Below are positions 19,976-29,066 of a DNA stretch of 56,111 nucleotides, one piece after another (position 1 is the first letter of the stretch; every line of letters starts with the position of its first letter). A program made the position numbers and the translations under genes. Where the stretch lies: IMG/VR virus record IMGVR_UViG_3300045996_001685, positions 1-56,111 of that record; one strand, written 5' to 3'. The DNA is from a virus (taxonomy: Duplodnaviria > Caudoviricetes). The notes below the pieces were generated by a model. The model was not told the origin of the DNA and searched no databases. It saw nothing but the letters and a program-made list of their open reading frames with translations.

Positions 19976-21055
19976 GTGTCTAAGTTTCACGAGCTTGCTA
20001 GCCTCGACGTTAGGGCGGGAGACATCCTGCAGGTCGGCAAGAAACGCATCGTCAAAATCCCAAAGAGCGACGAAGAGCTCGCTTATTTGCTCAAGCTGCG
20101 CGTGGTCGAGGGGCAGGTGGTCGATCCCGTCGACCCAACAGACCCCGTCGATCCCACGGACCCGACCGACCCCGCCGAGCCCACTGATCCGCCTCCGATC
20201 GGCGAAGGCAAATGGATAGGCGGCGAAATCGGCGGCAAGGTCGAGGTCGACGGCAAGTCGATTGAGCGCAAGGTCGTCGAGGTTAAGGTCCAGACCAAGA
20301 CGCTGGAGAACCTAAAGCCTTGGACAGACTACGTTATCCGCCAGTTCGAGACTAAGACGAAACCCATTTGGTGGGATAACTCGCAAGCTATCCCCGAGGG
20401 GGCTCGGATACTCGGCGGCGAGGTGCTCGGCGTAAAGGTCGCCAAGGTCAGCGGCCACGCGGGTCACAACTCCATCCTCATCTACGTCAACGGCGGCAAA
20501 GGCGTTCGCCGCAACCGCCTCGTGGTGCAAGGGCTGAAATTTTCCCCCGAGTGTGAGGCGACGCTACTCGCCGAGTTCAAAGGCGGTTTCTTGGACCTCC
20601 ACGGATGGGAGATCGAGAAGGGCGCCAAGATCGGCAAATCGCGCCAGCGGCACGGCAGCTTTGTGCGTGTCAGCGGGATGCGTGGCGTCAAGGACTGGTC
20701 GTTCAGGGGCTCGGACCACCTGATCGTCGATTGCCCGGGGATGTCTGTCAAAACCTACTCCGGCAACCTCGCGCCAATCTACAAGCTCTGGAAAGAGGAG
20801 CACGTAGCGGGCAACGAGTCGAACATGCAGGCATCGCTCCGCATCTACGTCCTCGGCCCGTGCGGCGGCGTCGTGGTGGGACAGACAACTCGCCCGGACC
20901 TGCCAATCAAGTACAAGGCAGAGGACATCTACATTGAGCAGGGGATCGTGGTGCAGACCGATCCGAAGGGGACAGGTAGCATCAAGCGCGATGGCCTGCC
21001 CACCCTGAAAGAGTGGCTCGAGCGTCGCGAGTCTGCCAACCTCGCCGCACTGTAG
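19976..21055 (+). CDS. Protein with DPT linker and PL6-like beta-helix module
   Basis: SD AGGAGAG; DPVDPTDP repeat; EFK..RHG..RGSDH motifs shared with gpJ C-terminus. Confidence 0.7.
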   Translation: MSKFHELASLDVRAGDILQVGKKRIVKIPKSDEELAYLLKLRVVEGQVVDPVDPTDPVDPTDPTDPAEPTDPPPIGEGKWIGGEIGGKVEVDGKSIERKVVEVKVQTKTLENLKPWTDYVIRQFETKTKPIWWDNSQAIPEGARILGGEVLGVKVAKVSGHAGHNSILIYVNGGKGVRRNRLVVQGLKFSPECEATLLAEFKGGFLDLHGWEIEKGAKIGKSRQRHGSFVRVSGMRGVKDWSFRGSDHLIVDCPGMSVKTYSGNLAPIYKLWKEEHVAGNESNMQASLRIYVLGPCGGVVVGQTTRPDLPIKYKAEDIYIEQGIVVQTDPKGTGSIKRDGLPTLKEWLERRESANLAAL

Positions 21056-21066
21056 GAGCGCCCGCA

Positions 21067-22515
21067 ATGCCCGACTCCGTCCTCGACTTGGCCGCAGCGT
21101 TCCCGGGCTCCGGGGTAGCCACTATCGACAGCACCCCGGCCGTCCGGGAGGCGGAGCGGGCGTTTGCCGCCGGCCGCAGCGTGGCTTTCAACGGACCTGC
21201 GTGGGTGTTTGGCAACCCGTTGGTGCTCTCCGCCGAACGGTTCTCGGCCGAGAATGCCCCCCACGTCTCCGGCAACGGCGGAGGGGGGTCGTTCTTGATC
21301 CCTCTCCGCCCGGACCTGCCTACGGTCGTTATCGAGGGCGGGCAGAAGCTCAAAGGCAAGCGAGAGTGGTATGGCCATATCCACGACTTGGGCATCCTCC
21401 ACGCCATGCCGCCGCGCACGGACAAGGGTGAGAACCTGATAGACGCGTGGCTGAAGTCTAAGGACATTGGCGAGTATGCGACCGGGCTGCGCGGGCACCG
21501 GACCGCGCCCGGCATCGGAATCTACGTGCCGCCGGACGTGAGTCTGAATGCCGGCTCTTTTCGCAACCTCTGGCTTCTCACCAAAGGACCAGGGCTGTGG
21601 TTTAGGCACCATTCGTTTAGCTTCGTGATGGAGGGGATACAGGCTTGGTCGCACTGGGGGCCAAGCATGGCGTTCGGTGGCGGTATCGGAGCGCAAGCCG
21701 AGAACTGCTACGCCCGCGCGTGCGGTCCGGGCTGCGCCGGGTGGGAGGTGGTCGACTGGGCCGCGCTCAATGCCTGCAACGGGGTCGACGGGTTGAGCGG
21801 CTCGGATGCGTGGCTGATGGTCGGCGCTATCCAGCCTTTTCGCGCCAAGGTGCTTTCGGCCACTGAAACGACGGTGACCATTGACGGGACCCACGCGGAT
21901 ACGTGGCGCAAGTATCTGGCCGTCACCGTCGAGACTGGCGCGGCTGCTGACATCACCCGCCGGATTACAGCCAACAAAGGCGGCGCCTTGACCGTCCAAC
22001 GCCCGTGGCCGGGAGCAGTGCCTAAGGCGGGCGACTCCGTGTGGATACACTCCGAGCTCTCCGCCTATCACCCCGACGGCGGTTATCCCGACGGCTGGTG
22101 GTATAAGTCGGGACAGGTCGCGGTCGAGGACTCGAACATCGAGGACTGCGGAGACATTGGCGTCGTGACGCGCCGGCCGTCGTCGCTCGAGCTCCACAAC
22201 ATGCGCTGGTTCCCGAACGGCCGGCCGATGACGAGGTTTATGCAGCTCGCCGGCGGCGCTGGCGCGGAGTTGTGGCTGACGGGCAAGCACCACCTCGGCG
22301 GCCGCAAGCCGACCTCCCGGCGCTATATCGAGGTGCAGGGGACGATGGGCGTGCTCGGGCAGATGCTCCCGCCGGAGTTTCAGAAGTACCGGGACACTGT
22401 GGCGAACGTCGACGTCGCCATTGCAAACCAGACCGGCCGGGCGCTTGGCCTTATGAGCGCGGTTGCTCCCGAGCTCGTGGGTCCCGTCCGCCGCCACCTC
22501 CGCCGAGCGAGCTAG
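21067..22515 (+). CDS. Hypothetical beta-helix-like virion/tail protein
   Basis: SD AGGAG; Gly/Trp-rich beta pattern; tail context. Confidence 0.6.
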   Translation: MPDSVLDLAAAFPGSGVATIDSTPAVREAERAFAAGRSVAFNGPAWVFGNPLVLSAERFSAENAPHVSGNGGGGSFLIPLRPDLPTVVIEGGQKLKGKREWYGHIHDLGILHAMPPRTDKGENLIDAWLKSKDIGEYATGLRGHRTAPGIGIYVPPDVSLNAGSFRNLWLLTKGPGLWFRHHSFSFVMEGIQAWSHWGPSMAFGGGIGAQAENCYARACGPGCAGWEVVDWAALNACNGVDGLSGSDAWLMVGAIQPFRAKVLSATETTVTIDGTHADTWRKYLAVTVETGAAADITRRITANKGGALTVQRPWPGAVPKAGDSVWIHSELSAYHPDGGYPDGWWYKSGQVAVEDSNIEDCGDIGVVTRRPSSLELHNMRWFPNGRPMTRFMQLAGGAGAELWLTGKHHLGGRKPTSRRYIEVQGTMGVLGQMLPPEFQKYRDTVANVDVAIANQTGRALGLMSAVAPELVGPVRRHLRRAS

Positions 22516-22529
22516 CGGGAGAGCTCGGC

Positions 22530-22937
22530 ATGTTCACCGAGCGCTCCTTCGATCATCACGTCCTCGCCCGGACTCTGTGGGGAGAGGCGCGCGGCGAGCC
22601 ACACGCGGGGCAGGTCGCGGTCGCCAAGGTAATCCTCAACCGGGCCACGGACCCGAAACGGCGGTGGCCTAGGTCGGTGGCCGCCGTGTGTCTCCAGCCC
22701 TACCAATTCAGTTGTTGGACGGCTGGCGACCCGAACCGCGCGAAACTGCTTCAGACGTCGGAGGCGAGGATGGCAGAGGTCTATCTCGTCGCCCTCGAGG
22801 CGCTCGGACTGCCGGACCTGACCCTCGGCGCAAACCACTACCTCACCCGAGCGCTCGCACTCGACGCTCCGCCGAGGTGGTATCAAGCGCACAAGGTCAC
22901 CGTGCTAATCGGTGCCCACGCATTCTTGAGGTTGTGA
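22530..22937 (+). CDS. Endolysin, SleB/Hydrolase_2 cell wall hydrolase
   Basis: LARTLWGEARGE, VAKVILNR, QFSCW, GANHY, IGAHAF. Confidence 0.93.
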   Translation: MFTERSFDHHVLARTLWGEARGEPHAGQVAVAKVILNRATDPKRRWPRSVAAVCLQPYQFSCWTAGDPNRAKLLQTSEARMAEVYLVALEALGLPDLTLGANHYLTRALALDAPPRWYQAHKVTVLIGAHAFLRL

Positions 22938-22939
22938 CC

Positions 22940-23653
22940 ATGGCCCCCATTACCGCCCAAGAAGTCGCCGCCATCACGCGAGGTGGCGTGACCGTTCAAG
23001 AGGCCGCCTACCTAAGCCAAGCCTATTATGCGCCGGGCAGCCTCAGCGCGATTGTGGACGTGGAGATAACGCTCCCCGCGACCATGATTTACGCGGCGAT
23101 CGTGACCCACGTCGGCAAGCGAGTGCTGATAATCCGCGGCACAAGCCGGCGCGGTCAGTGGCGCCGCTACAACCTCGCGCTCAACCCGATAACGGCAGAG
23201 GGCGACACCCGGCGCTGGCACGGCGGCTTTCTCAGCGTCGCGGAGGTCGTCTATGCGTGGGTCCGGGACAAAGCGCCCCTCGACCTCATCACAGGGCACA
23301 GTCTTGCGGCCGGGGTGGGGCAAATCATCGGCCCGTCGCTCGGGGTCCCCACGATTGGCTTTGCGGCACCCAACGCGCTCTATCGAGACGACCCGCCGGC
23401 CAGGAGCGACCTTGTGCTAAATGTCTGTGCCAACGACGACCTGATTTGCGCACTGCCGTTCTCGCTCCTTGGCTATCGCAAGGCGGGGCTTCTCCTCGCG
23501 TTCGACCCGGCCGGCCGGCACCGCGGGCTTGACCACGGCATGGCGCTTTACCGCCGGCGGGTCGAGGGCCACGAGGCCGGGACGTGGGAGTGGGTTGTGC
23601 CTCCATCGACCGGACTCGGTGAAACCCTCGCCGAAAAGGTGGGGGCGGCATGA
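22940..23653 (+). CDS. Lipase class 3 / alpha-beta hydrolase
   Basis: IRGT, WHGGF, ITGHSLAAG nucleophile elbow, DDLI, DHGM..Y. Confidence 0.88.
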   Translation: MAPITAQEVAAITRGGVTVQEAAYLSQAYYAPGSLSAIVDVEITLPATMIYAAIVTHVGKRVLIIRGTSRRGQWRRYNLALNPITAEGDTRRWHGGFLSVAEVVYAWVRDKAPLDLITGHSLAAGVGQIIGPSLGVPTIGFAAPNALYRDDPPARSDLVLNVCANDDLICALPFSLLGYRKAGLLLAFDPAGRHRGLDHGMALYRRRVEGHEAGTWEWVVPPSTGLGETLAEKVGAA

Positions 23654-23691
23654 TGCCTGCCCTAGGTTACAGACTGTAACACCAGCAAGGA

Positions 23692-24201
23692 GTGTCTACC
23701 GTGAAACTTAGAGATTTCGTGCGACTCGCCAAAGACTTCCATGCGCAGCCGGCGCCCGGGATTACCGAAGCTCTTTTGGATGCGGTGAACGATCTAGGCG
23801 AGGATGCTTTTGGAGATCGTTGGCGGCCGGTTGTCGTGGCGGCGTATGCAGCGCCAAACCGTCCGGCAAAGAAGTTCGGCGAGGCCGCGGTCGAGTGGCA
23901 CAACGATCCCGACGAGGATAACACCGCTCGCCTTATGGACTTGATGAACGAGCGCGGCGAGCAGTGGGCCGGGCCGGACGGATTTAGGCGGGTCACTTTC
24001 GAGGCGGACGGACCGCCGGCGCCCCCGGAGCTTAGCGGCTTCGTGGAGTATGTCGCTGGGTGGGAGCAGAAGCCGAGCGTCGAGGGCGCGGCCAAGATCG
24101 TCGGGGGGATGAACGAGATCGGCAACAAGACGCTGGCCGATGCGTGGCCCGGCATTTCGGTAAATGTCCCGGGCACGACTGAAGGACCAAAGGCGCCGTG
24201 A
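23692..24201 (+). CDS. Hypothetical protein
   Basis: 169 aa ORF in operon orientation. Confidence 0.65.
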   Translation: MSTVKLRDFVRLAKDFHAQPAPGITEALLDAVNDLGEDAFGDRWRPVVVAAYAAPNRPAKKFGEAAVEWHNDPDEDNTARLMDLMNERGEQWAGPDGFRRVTFEADGPPAPPELSGFVEYVAGWEQKPSVEGAAKIVGGMNEIGNKTLADAWPGISVNVPGTTEGPKAP

Positions 24202-24223
24202 AGAGAAATAACGAGGTGGCGGC

Positions 24224-24511
24224 ATGGCTGACAGCTCCTCTAAGGGTTGGCCTACAGTGTTCGGCCTTGTGGTGGGCTACGTGGCGGGCAAGCGCTGGCC
24301 TGAGTTCCCTGATGTGGACTTACTCGCCGCTGTGGCAGGTGTCACCTTGGGCCAAATTGCCGGCTATGTGTGGGGCGCGCTTGGCCGGACCGCGCAGCAT
24401 GCCACGAAGGCCGTCACGATGAGACGAGAAATCAAGCTCGAGAGGTTGAGGCGCGAGCTCGCGGCCGCCAAGCGCGAGCCGCAGTTGCCGTCGGGAGGCC
24501 CCACGCCATGA
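24224..24511 (+). CDS. Small two-TM protein, holin candidate
   Basis: Two hydrophobic segments plus basic C-terminal tail; SD GAGG. Confidence 0.55.
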   Translation: MADSSSKGWPTVFGLVVGYVAGKRWPEFPDVDLLAAVAGVTLGQIAGYVWGALGRTAQHATKAVTMRREIKLERLRRELAAAKREPQLPSGGPTP

Positions 24512-25113
24512 GGAGCGTTGTCGCGTGCATGGTGCTGGCGGTTGGTGGGTGCGCCTCGACGGTCGACCCGAACACCCTCCTCGAAACCACGACCTCGTCG
24601 ACGCCCGACGGCAACAAACAGTGCGCAGTCACCTATCGCTCCGGAGCCGAGCGCCAAATTGCCGGCCTCGTGGGCAACTTCTGCGGCAACCGTCTCGCCA
24701 TGAAGAGCTCTGCCTCCGAGAACTCCGAAGCAATCGCTGCGGCCGACGCTGCCGACGTGCGAAGGCTTCAGCTCCTCTCGACTAGCCTCGGCAGGTTATC
24801 GGCGATGGCGGGCGCGGCGTTGCTGGGTGGTGCCAATCCGGCGCTTATCGCCAAAGAACTCGCGGAGGCCGGAGCGGCAATCGAGGGCTCGGTGCCCGCT
24901 CCGGCGGTTGAGCCGGAGCCGGAGACACCCGACGAGGACGAAACCCCCGAGCTCCCTGAACTGCCGGCGATGCTGTCGGCGCGCGATCGGCCCGCCCCGA
25001 GGGTGTTGGACGTGCTCGATAGGGCGCCCGCTCCACCCCGAATGCGTCTATATCAGCAGCAGGCAGAGCCGTTCGACCCCGGCGGCTTTCTGGTAGAAGG
25101 GATAGGATGGTGA
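24508..25113 (+). CDS. Lipoprotein, spanin candidate
   Basis: Signal with lipobox-like LAVGGC; second hydrophobic stretch; Pro/Glu-rich tail. Confidence 0.6.
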   Translation: MRSVVACMVLAVGGCASTVDPNTLLETTTSSTPDGNKQCAVTYRSGAERQIAGLVGNFCGNRLAMKSSASENSEAIAAADAADVRRLQLLSTSLGRLSAMAGAALLGGANPALIAKELAEAGAAIEGSVPAPAVEPEPETPDEDETPELPELPAMLSARDRPAPRVLDVLDRAPAPPRMRLYQQQAEPFDPGGFLVEGIGW

Positions 25114-25520
25114 GCAATGGCCCCGAGAGGCGCTTCGATTGGGTAATGGCCGGCCTCGTGATTGCCGCCATGGGCGCAACCGGGGCCATATCCTCGCTAG
25201 TCAACTCGCGCGAGCTTCAACGAACGCGCATCGAGTTTTTCGACGAGGTGCACGGCGCTCGGGTGGACTCGGACCTTCGGACCTCGACCAACTCCGACAA
25301 AATCTCGGCGCTGCAAGGTGAGGTGCTGGCGCTGGAGGCGGCCATTCAGCGGCTGTCGCTGAGGGTGTCGGATGCGTTCGCAGCACGGGACCTAGCGCTG
25401 CGCGTGGGTTTTCTGGAGGGGTCGCTTGGTGTTCGGGCAACAGGCCCAACACTTCTCCCTCCGCCAGGGACTCCAGCGACCCCGGCACCCCCTAGCGCGC
25501 CGAGCACTCCGGCAGAATGA
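25107..25520 (+). CDS. N-terminal TM plus coiled-coil protein
   Basis: WVMAGLVIAAMGATGAI then heptads. Confidence 0.65.
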   Translation: MVSNGPERRFDWVMAGLVIAAMGATGAISSLVNSRELQRTRIEFFDEVHGARVDSDLRTSTNSDKISALQGEVLALEAAIQRLSLRVSDAFAARDLALRVGFLEGSLGVRATGPTLLPPPGTPATPAPPSAPSTPAE

Positions 25521-25765
25521 TGGCGGTAGACCCTGATGCCGACCTCTTGGCAGATGTCGAGGCTGAGCAGCCCGCTTATACGTGGCGGGCGAGGATTGAG
25601 TTGCTAGAGAAACGTGTGGGCGTGCTGTGGGCAAAGCATCGGGACACGGTTCGGTTGGAGGAGTACCAGGAGAAACGAGTCGAGCGCGTCAGAAGGCTGA
25701 TTGCTTTGGTGGCCGCGTGTCTGGGCGTGCTTACGACTTTGTGGACCGTTTGGAACTCGCTTTGA
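25517..25765 (+). CDS. Coiled-coil protein with C-terminal TM
   Basis: LIALVAACLGVLTTLW. Confidence 0.65.
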   Translation: MMAVDPDADLLADVEAEQPAYTWRARIELLEKRVGVLWAKHRDTVRLEEYQEKRVERVRRLIALVAACLGVLTTLWTVWNSL

Positions 25766-25776
25766 GGTCGGCACAT

Positions 25777-26325
25777 ATGCCCGATATGCGACAGGTTACT
25801 CTGCGCGAGGTGGGCGTGGGGATGGTGATTGCCTCGGCGATATTTGGCGGGTTTGCGCTGACCTGGAATCAGGTTTCGCCATGGCTGGTTAGTCCATTGC
25901 CTCCGGTCGAGGTCACCAGCATGACGCAAAGGCTCGTGTTGATGCCTGACGGTCGTATCGTGGAGCGCCTCGGGTTTCACGTTACCATCCGCGAAGAGTG
26001 CGGCTCTCAGCAATTCGTGCGAGAGTTTTACGATACCATCTCAGACGATCTAGTTGCGCCAGTAGTAATTAGCGGGCCAGGGGGCACAAATCAGTATTTC
26101 AAGAGGTGGCTGCCGCTTGGTAGCTACGGGCCGGTCTACACCGACTATGAAACGCAGCCCGGTCGGTCGGGGACGATTACGCTAACAGGCAAGTTCGACC
26201 AGTGCCGCAGCGGCTTTACGGGCGATTGGCAGGTCTATCAAATCAACGTCCACTGGACGGCCGACGCGCTCGAGGCGTTCGTGCGGCAAGCTACTGCCGG
26301 CGCGCGCCCGGATGCGCTACAATAG
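25777..26325 (+). CDS. Membrane-anchored periplasmic beta protein
   Basis: TM VGVGMVIASAIFGGFALTW; SD GAGG. Confidence 0.65.
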   Translation: MPDMRQVTLREVGVGMVIASAIFGGFALTWNQVSPWLVSPLPPVEVTSMTQRLVLMPDGRIVERLGFHVTIREECGSQQFVREFYDTISDDLVAPVVISGPGGTNQYFKRWLPLGSYGPVYTDYETQPGRSGTITLTGKFDQCRSGFTGDWQVYQINVHWTADALEAFVRQATAGARPDALQ

Positions 26326-26338
26326 CGCCGTGCACAAC

Positions 26339-26545
26339 ATGGAGAGCACAAGCATGACGACCGAAAAGACCAACCCAGCACCCGAGCCCGAGACGACGCC
26401 GACCGCTCCGGTGGGTGACGACAACCTGCCTGACACGTCCGGCGAGGAGCTCGACGAGGACGGCGAGCCGCGCGGCAATCGTCCGGCCAATCCCCCCGGC
26501 AAGCCCGAAAAAGTGGACCCCAAGTGGGGCGGGGGCGGCCGTTAA
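26339..26545 (+). CDS. Small acidic Pro-rich peptide (start could be 26354)
   Basis: Ends KVDPKWGGGGR; GGAGAG precedes ATG 26354. Confidence 0.6.
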   Translation: MESTSMTTEKTNPAPEPETTPTAPVGDDNLPDTSGEELDEDGEPRGNRPANPPGKPEKVDPKWGGGGR

Positions 26546-26548
26546 AGC

Positions 26549-27085
26549 ATGACCAGGATTTGGGCTGCGTGGGTACTGCTCGTCGCAGCCCAAATCACGC
26601 CCGGTTTGGTGGGGCAGTGGGATGCCCCCAACCCCTACGGCCACGGTGCGCCGTTCTTCGCTGAGCGTATCCCGGCGGTGGCTGTGTTTGGGGTGCTCAT
26701 CCTCTACACGCTGTATGGCTTTCGTCGCGCGTGGGCGCCGTCTATCACGGCCGCGGCTGCAGGCTCGGCGCTGGTCGCCGCGTTGCTGGCCACGCCTGAG
26801 CCATCTCGATTTGCCTACCCCGCGGTTATGGCGTGGGCACAAGTGACCGTGTTTCTGCACCTAGTCGCGTGGGCCGCGAGCTTTGACGTCCGGCGGTATC
26901 AGACGATGGCGGCCACGGTCGCGGGGATGCAGTTGCTCGGCGTGGGTCTGTATGTGTACGCGCAGACGGCTATCGGGGTCGTGCCCGTGCCGAACGCTGC
27001 GCTCTACCATCTCCACGGTCCGTGGGTTGCTTCGTTCCCAACGTTTCTAGGCACAGCGTTGCTGGTATGGGCGTCCCGTGTCTAG
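26549..27085 (+). CDS. Polytopic membrane protein
   Basis: About 5-6 hydrophobic segments. Confidence 0.7.
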   Translation: MTRIWAAWVLLVAAQITPGLVGQWDAPNPYGHGAPFFAERIPAVAVFGVLILYTLYGFRRAWAPSITAAAAGSALVAALLATPEPSRFAYPAVMAWAQVTVFLHLVAWAASFDVRRYQTMAATVAGMQLLGVGLYVYAQTAIGVVPVPNAALYHLHGPWVASFPTFLGTALLVWASRV

Positions 27086-27138
27086 CTTGTTCTCCCTCAT
27101 GGCTATAGGCTGGCCGCACAGTCGCTTAGAGGGCGAAC

Positions 27139-27402
27139 ATGGACGCGCTGGCCGCCCTACTCGACACCCTCCGCGTCGGCCTCCGCAAGGAGGTAGGCAT
27201 TGCGCTAGCGTCGTTACTGTTCGCGATTGCGGCCGGTGTAGCTGTCCTCCCGACCGCCCGGTTGCGGCGGCGAGCCCGCCAAACCCGCAAGCGGTTGAGG
27301 CGGGAGCGCGACGAACTGCGGGACCTATTGCGCGAGTTGCAAGGAACGCCTACCGAACGCCTAGACCAGCTAGAGCGCGATCTGCACCGCGACCGGAGGT
27401 AA
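27139..27402 (+). CDS. TM plus basic coiled-coil protein
   Basis: SD GAGGG; hydrophobic segment then Arg-rich helix. Confidence 0.65.
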   Translation: MDALAALLDTLRVGLRKEVGIALASLLFAIAAGVAVLPTARLRRRARQTRKRLRRERDELRDLLRELQGTPTERLDQLERDLHRDRR

Positions 27403-27406
27403 GTTT

Positions 27407-27565
27407 ATGAGCGCCACGACCGTAATCCTCGTCGTGTTGATCGTCCTCCTTGTGGCCGCGCTGCCCACGTGGCCGCACTCGGCGTCGTGGGGATACTGGC
27501 CGGGCGGGTTGCTCGGGCTGGTGCTAGTCGTGCTGCTCGTGTTGCTGTTGCTTGGTCGGCTCTAG
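27407..27565 (+). CDS. DUF3309-family small membrane protein (not in ORF track)
   Basis: Manual translation MSATTVILVVLIVLLVAALPTWPHSASWGYWPGGLLGLVLVVLLVLLLLGRL; LPTWPHS..WGY.P.G is the family signature; SD GGAGGT. Confidence 0.88.
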   Translation: MSATTVILVVLIVLLVAALPTWPHSASWGYWPGGLLGLVLVVLLVLLLLGRL

Positions 27566-27581
27566 AAGCGGCCGCACTGCA

Positions 27582-27857
27582 GTGTTTGAAGCAATCGCCC
27601 AATGGTGCGCCACGGTCACGGGCAGCGCATGGTATTTTGCGCTGTTTGTGGTGGGGACGGTCGCGTGTCTGTGCGTGGGATGGTGGCGCAAGCAACTGAG
27701 TTTCTGGATGCTGGTTTGGACCACCGCCTTAACGGTGACGACTCAGCTGCAGACCGTGCTTATCCAGAATACGCAAAATCGCGACACCGAAGAAATGAAG
27801 TCTCAGCTTGAAGAGCTGGGGCGGGCGACGCCCGGGGCCAAGGACGTGATACGATGA
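27582..27857 (+). CDS. Low-affinity iron permease (Fet4-like, PF04120) family protein
   Basis: TGSAWYF and LIQNTQNRD signature. Confidence 0.8.
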   Translation: MFEAIAQWCATVTGSAWYFALFVVGTVACLCVGWWRKQLSFWMLVWTTALTVTTQLQTVLIQNTQNRDTEEMKSQLEELGRATPGAKDVIR

Positions 27858-29053
27858 CACTCTCGCAACTGGTCTACGACCTGGACGCGTCCAAGGGGCC
27901 GCAGTACCTCCCGAACGGGATGCGTACGACTCGCACCACGCCCGCGATGATGGACAAGGGCGGCAGGTGGGTCGAGGTGGCCGCACAGGTCCCTCGGCTC
28001 GAGGCGTGGGGGCTGAGGGCGGAGGGTGCTCGTGTCAACGCGTTGCCCTACTCCACGCAGGATGCGTTCTCCGATTGGTCGGGCGCGGACAGGTGGTCTT
28101 TCTTGGGCCGTCAAGGGGTCGTGGAGAACGGGCTGTCCGGGTGGGAGCACCGGAGCTTGATGCTCGAGCTTGCCCCTGTGCGCCGGCTGGCGGCTCCGGG
28201 CGAGGGTGTGTCGGAGTATGCGCTGTCTGCCATCGTCGAGCGGCTCGACGCTGAGGCTGCGGAGCTCGCGGTGCTCACCGGCTCGACCGTGCGCCGTCGG
28301 GTCAGTACGGCCGGGACGGGCGAGAGCGGCAGCGGGTGGGCTCGGCGACAGGGACGCGGCACGGGACCCAATGGCGGGGCGCTAATGGAGCTCGGCCTAG
28401 TGGTGCCGCGGGCGTCCACTGACACGCTAGCGCTCTATCCTACCGGCCGGTATCCCAACACCCACGGGACGGTCGTGCATCACCTGCAATATGAGCGCGG
28501 CGCGTTCTCGAGCTCGCCTATCGTCACCAATGGTGAGGAGTGGGCGAGGACCGAAGAGCAGCACTATGCCGTTCTGGAGTCGTCGTCCGGGCATGCCGCT
28601 ACCGTGCAGGTCCTCGTGCGGGCCGCTCCGGGCGTCGAGAACGATCAGGTGGCCTGGCAGCTCGACAACGGCACCGAGTCGGAGCGCATCTCGGTTATAA
28701 GGTTCGCGGACGGGACGTGGCGCGTGGAGCTGGTTCGGGCTGGCACACCCGCGGCGTTGGTCGAGCTCGGGACGCTGAATGATGGTGCGACGGCGGGATT
28801 GGGCATTAGGGTGACGAGTTCAGAGCTTGCCGTGTCATTGGACGGGGGCGAGGTCGAGACGGCCGCTCACTCTGGCGCCCCCGTGTGCAACCGCGAGAGG
28901 TGGGGCGGCAGCGCTCTAATCGGCAGCGCGTGGTTCGGGTGGCTCTGTCGGGTCCGGCGCTGGTATGCGGCTGGCACTGACGAGGACCTTGTCGCGTTGT
29001 CCTCTTGGCAATCTACCCTCCCTGAGGCGGCAGGCACCGCCCCGGCCGTCTAG
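27854..29053 (+). CDS. Spike/fiber protein with concanavalin-like domain
   Basis: PRL..GLRAEGARVN and LQYERGAFSSSPIVT motifs typical of phage fiber/spike proteins. Confidence 0.7.
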   Translation: MTLSQLVYDLDASKGPQYLPNGMRTTRTTPAMMDKGGRWVEVAAQVPRLEAWGLRAEGARVNALPYSTQDAFSDWSGADRWSFLGRQGVVENGLSGWEHRSLMLELAPVRRLAAPGEGVSEYALSAIVERLDAEAAELAVLTGSTVRRRVSTAGTGESGSGWARRQGRGTGPNGGALMELGLVVPRASTDTLALYPTGRYPNTHGTVVHHLQYERGAFSSSPIVTNGEEWARTEEQHYAVLESSSGHAATVQVLVRAAPGVENDQVAWQLDNGTESERISVIRFADGTWRVELVRAGTPAALVELGTLNDGATAGLGIRVTSSELAVSLDGGEVETAAHSGAPVCNRERWGGSALIGSAWFGWLCRVRRWYAAGTDEDLVALSSWQSTLPEAAGTAPAV

Positions 29054-29066
29054 GAGCACCTGACAC

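Noticed and set aside
20120-20197. Short tandem DNA repeats as a regulatory array
   Set aside because: They encode the DPVDPTDP linker
20929-22497. 522-aa minus-strand ORF, and similar long antisense ORFs (54870-56075, 4283-5329, 50674-51708)
   Set aside because: Shadows of real + strand genes in high-GC DNA; no motifs
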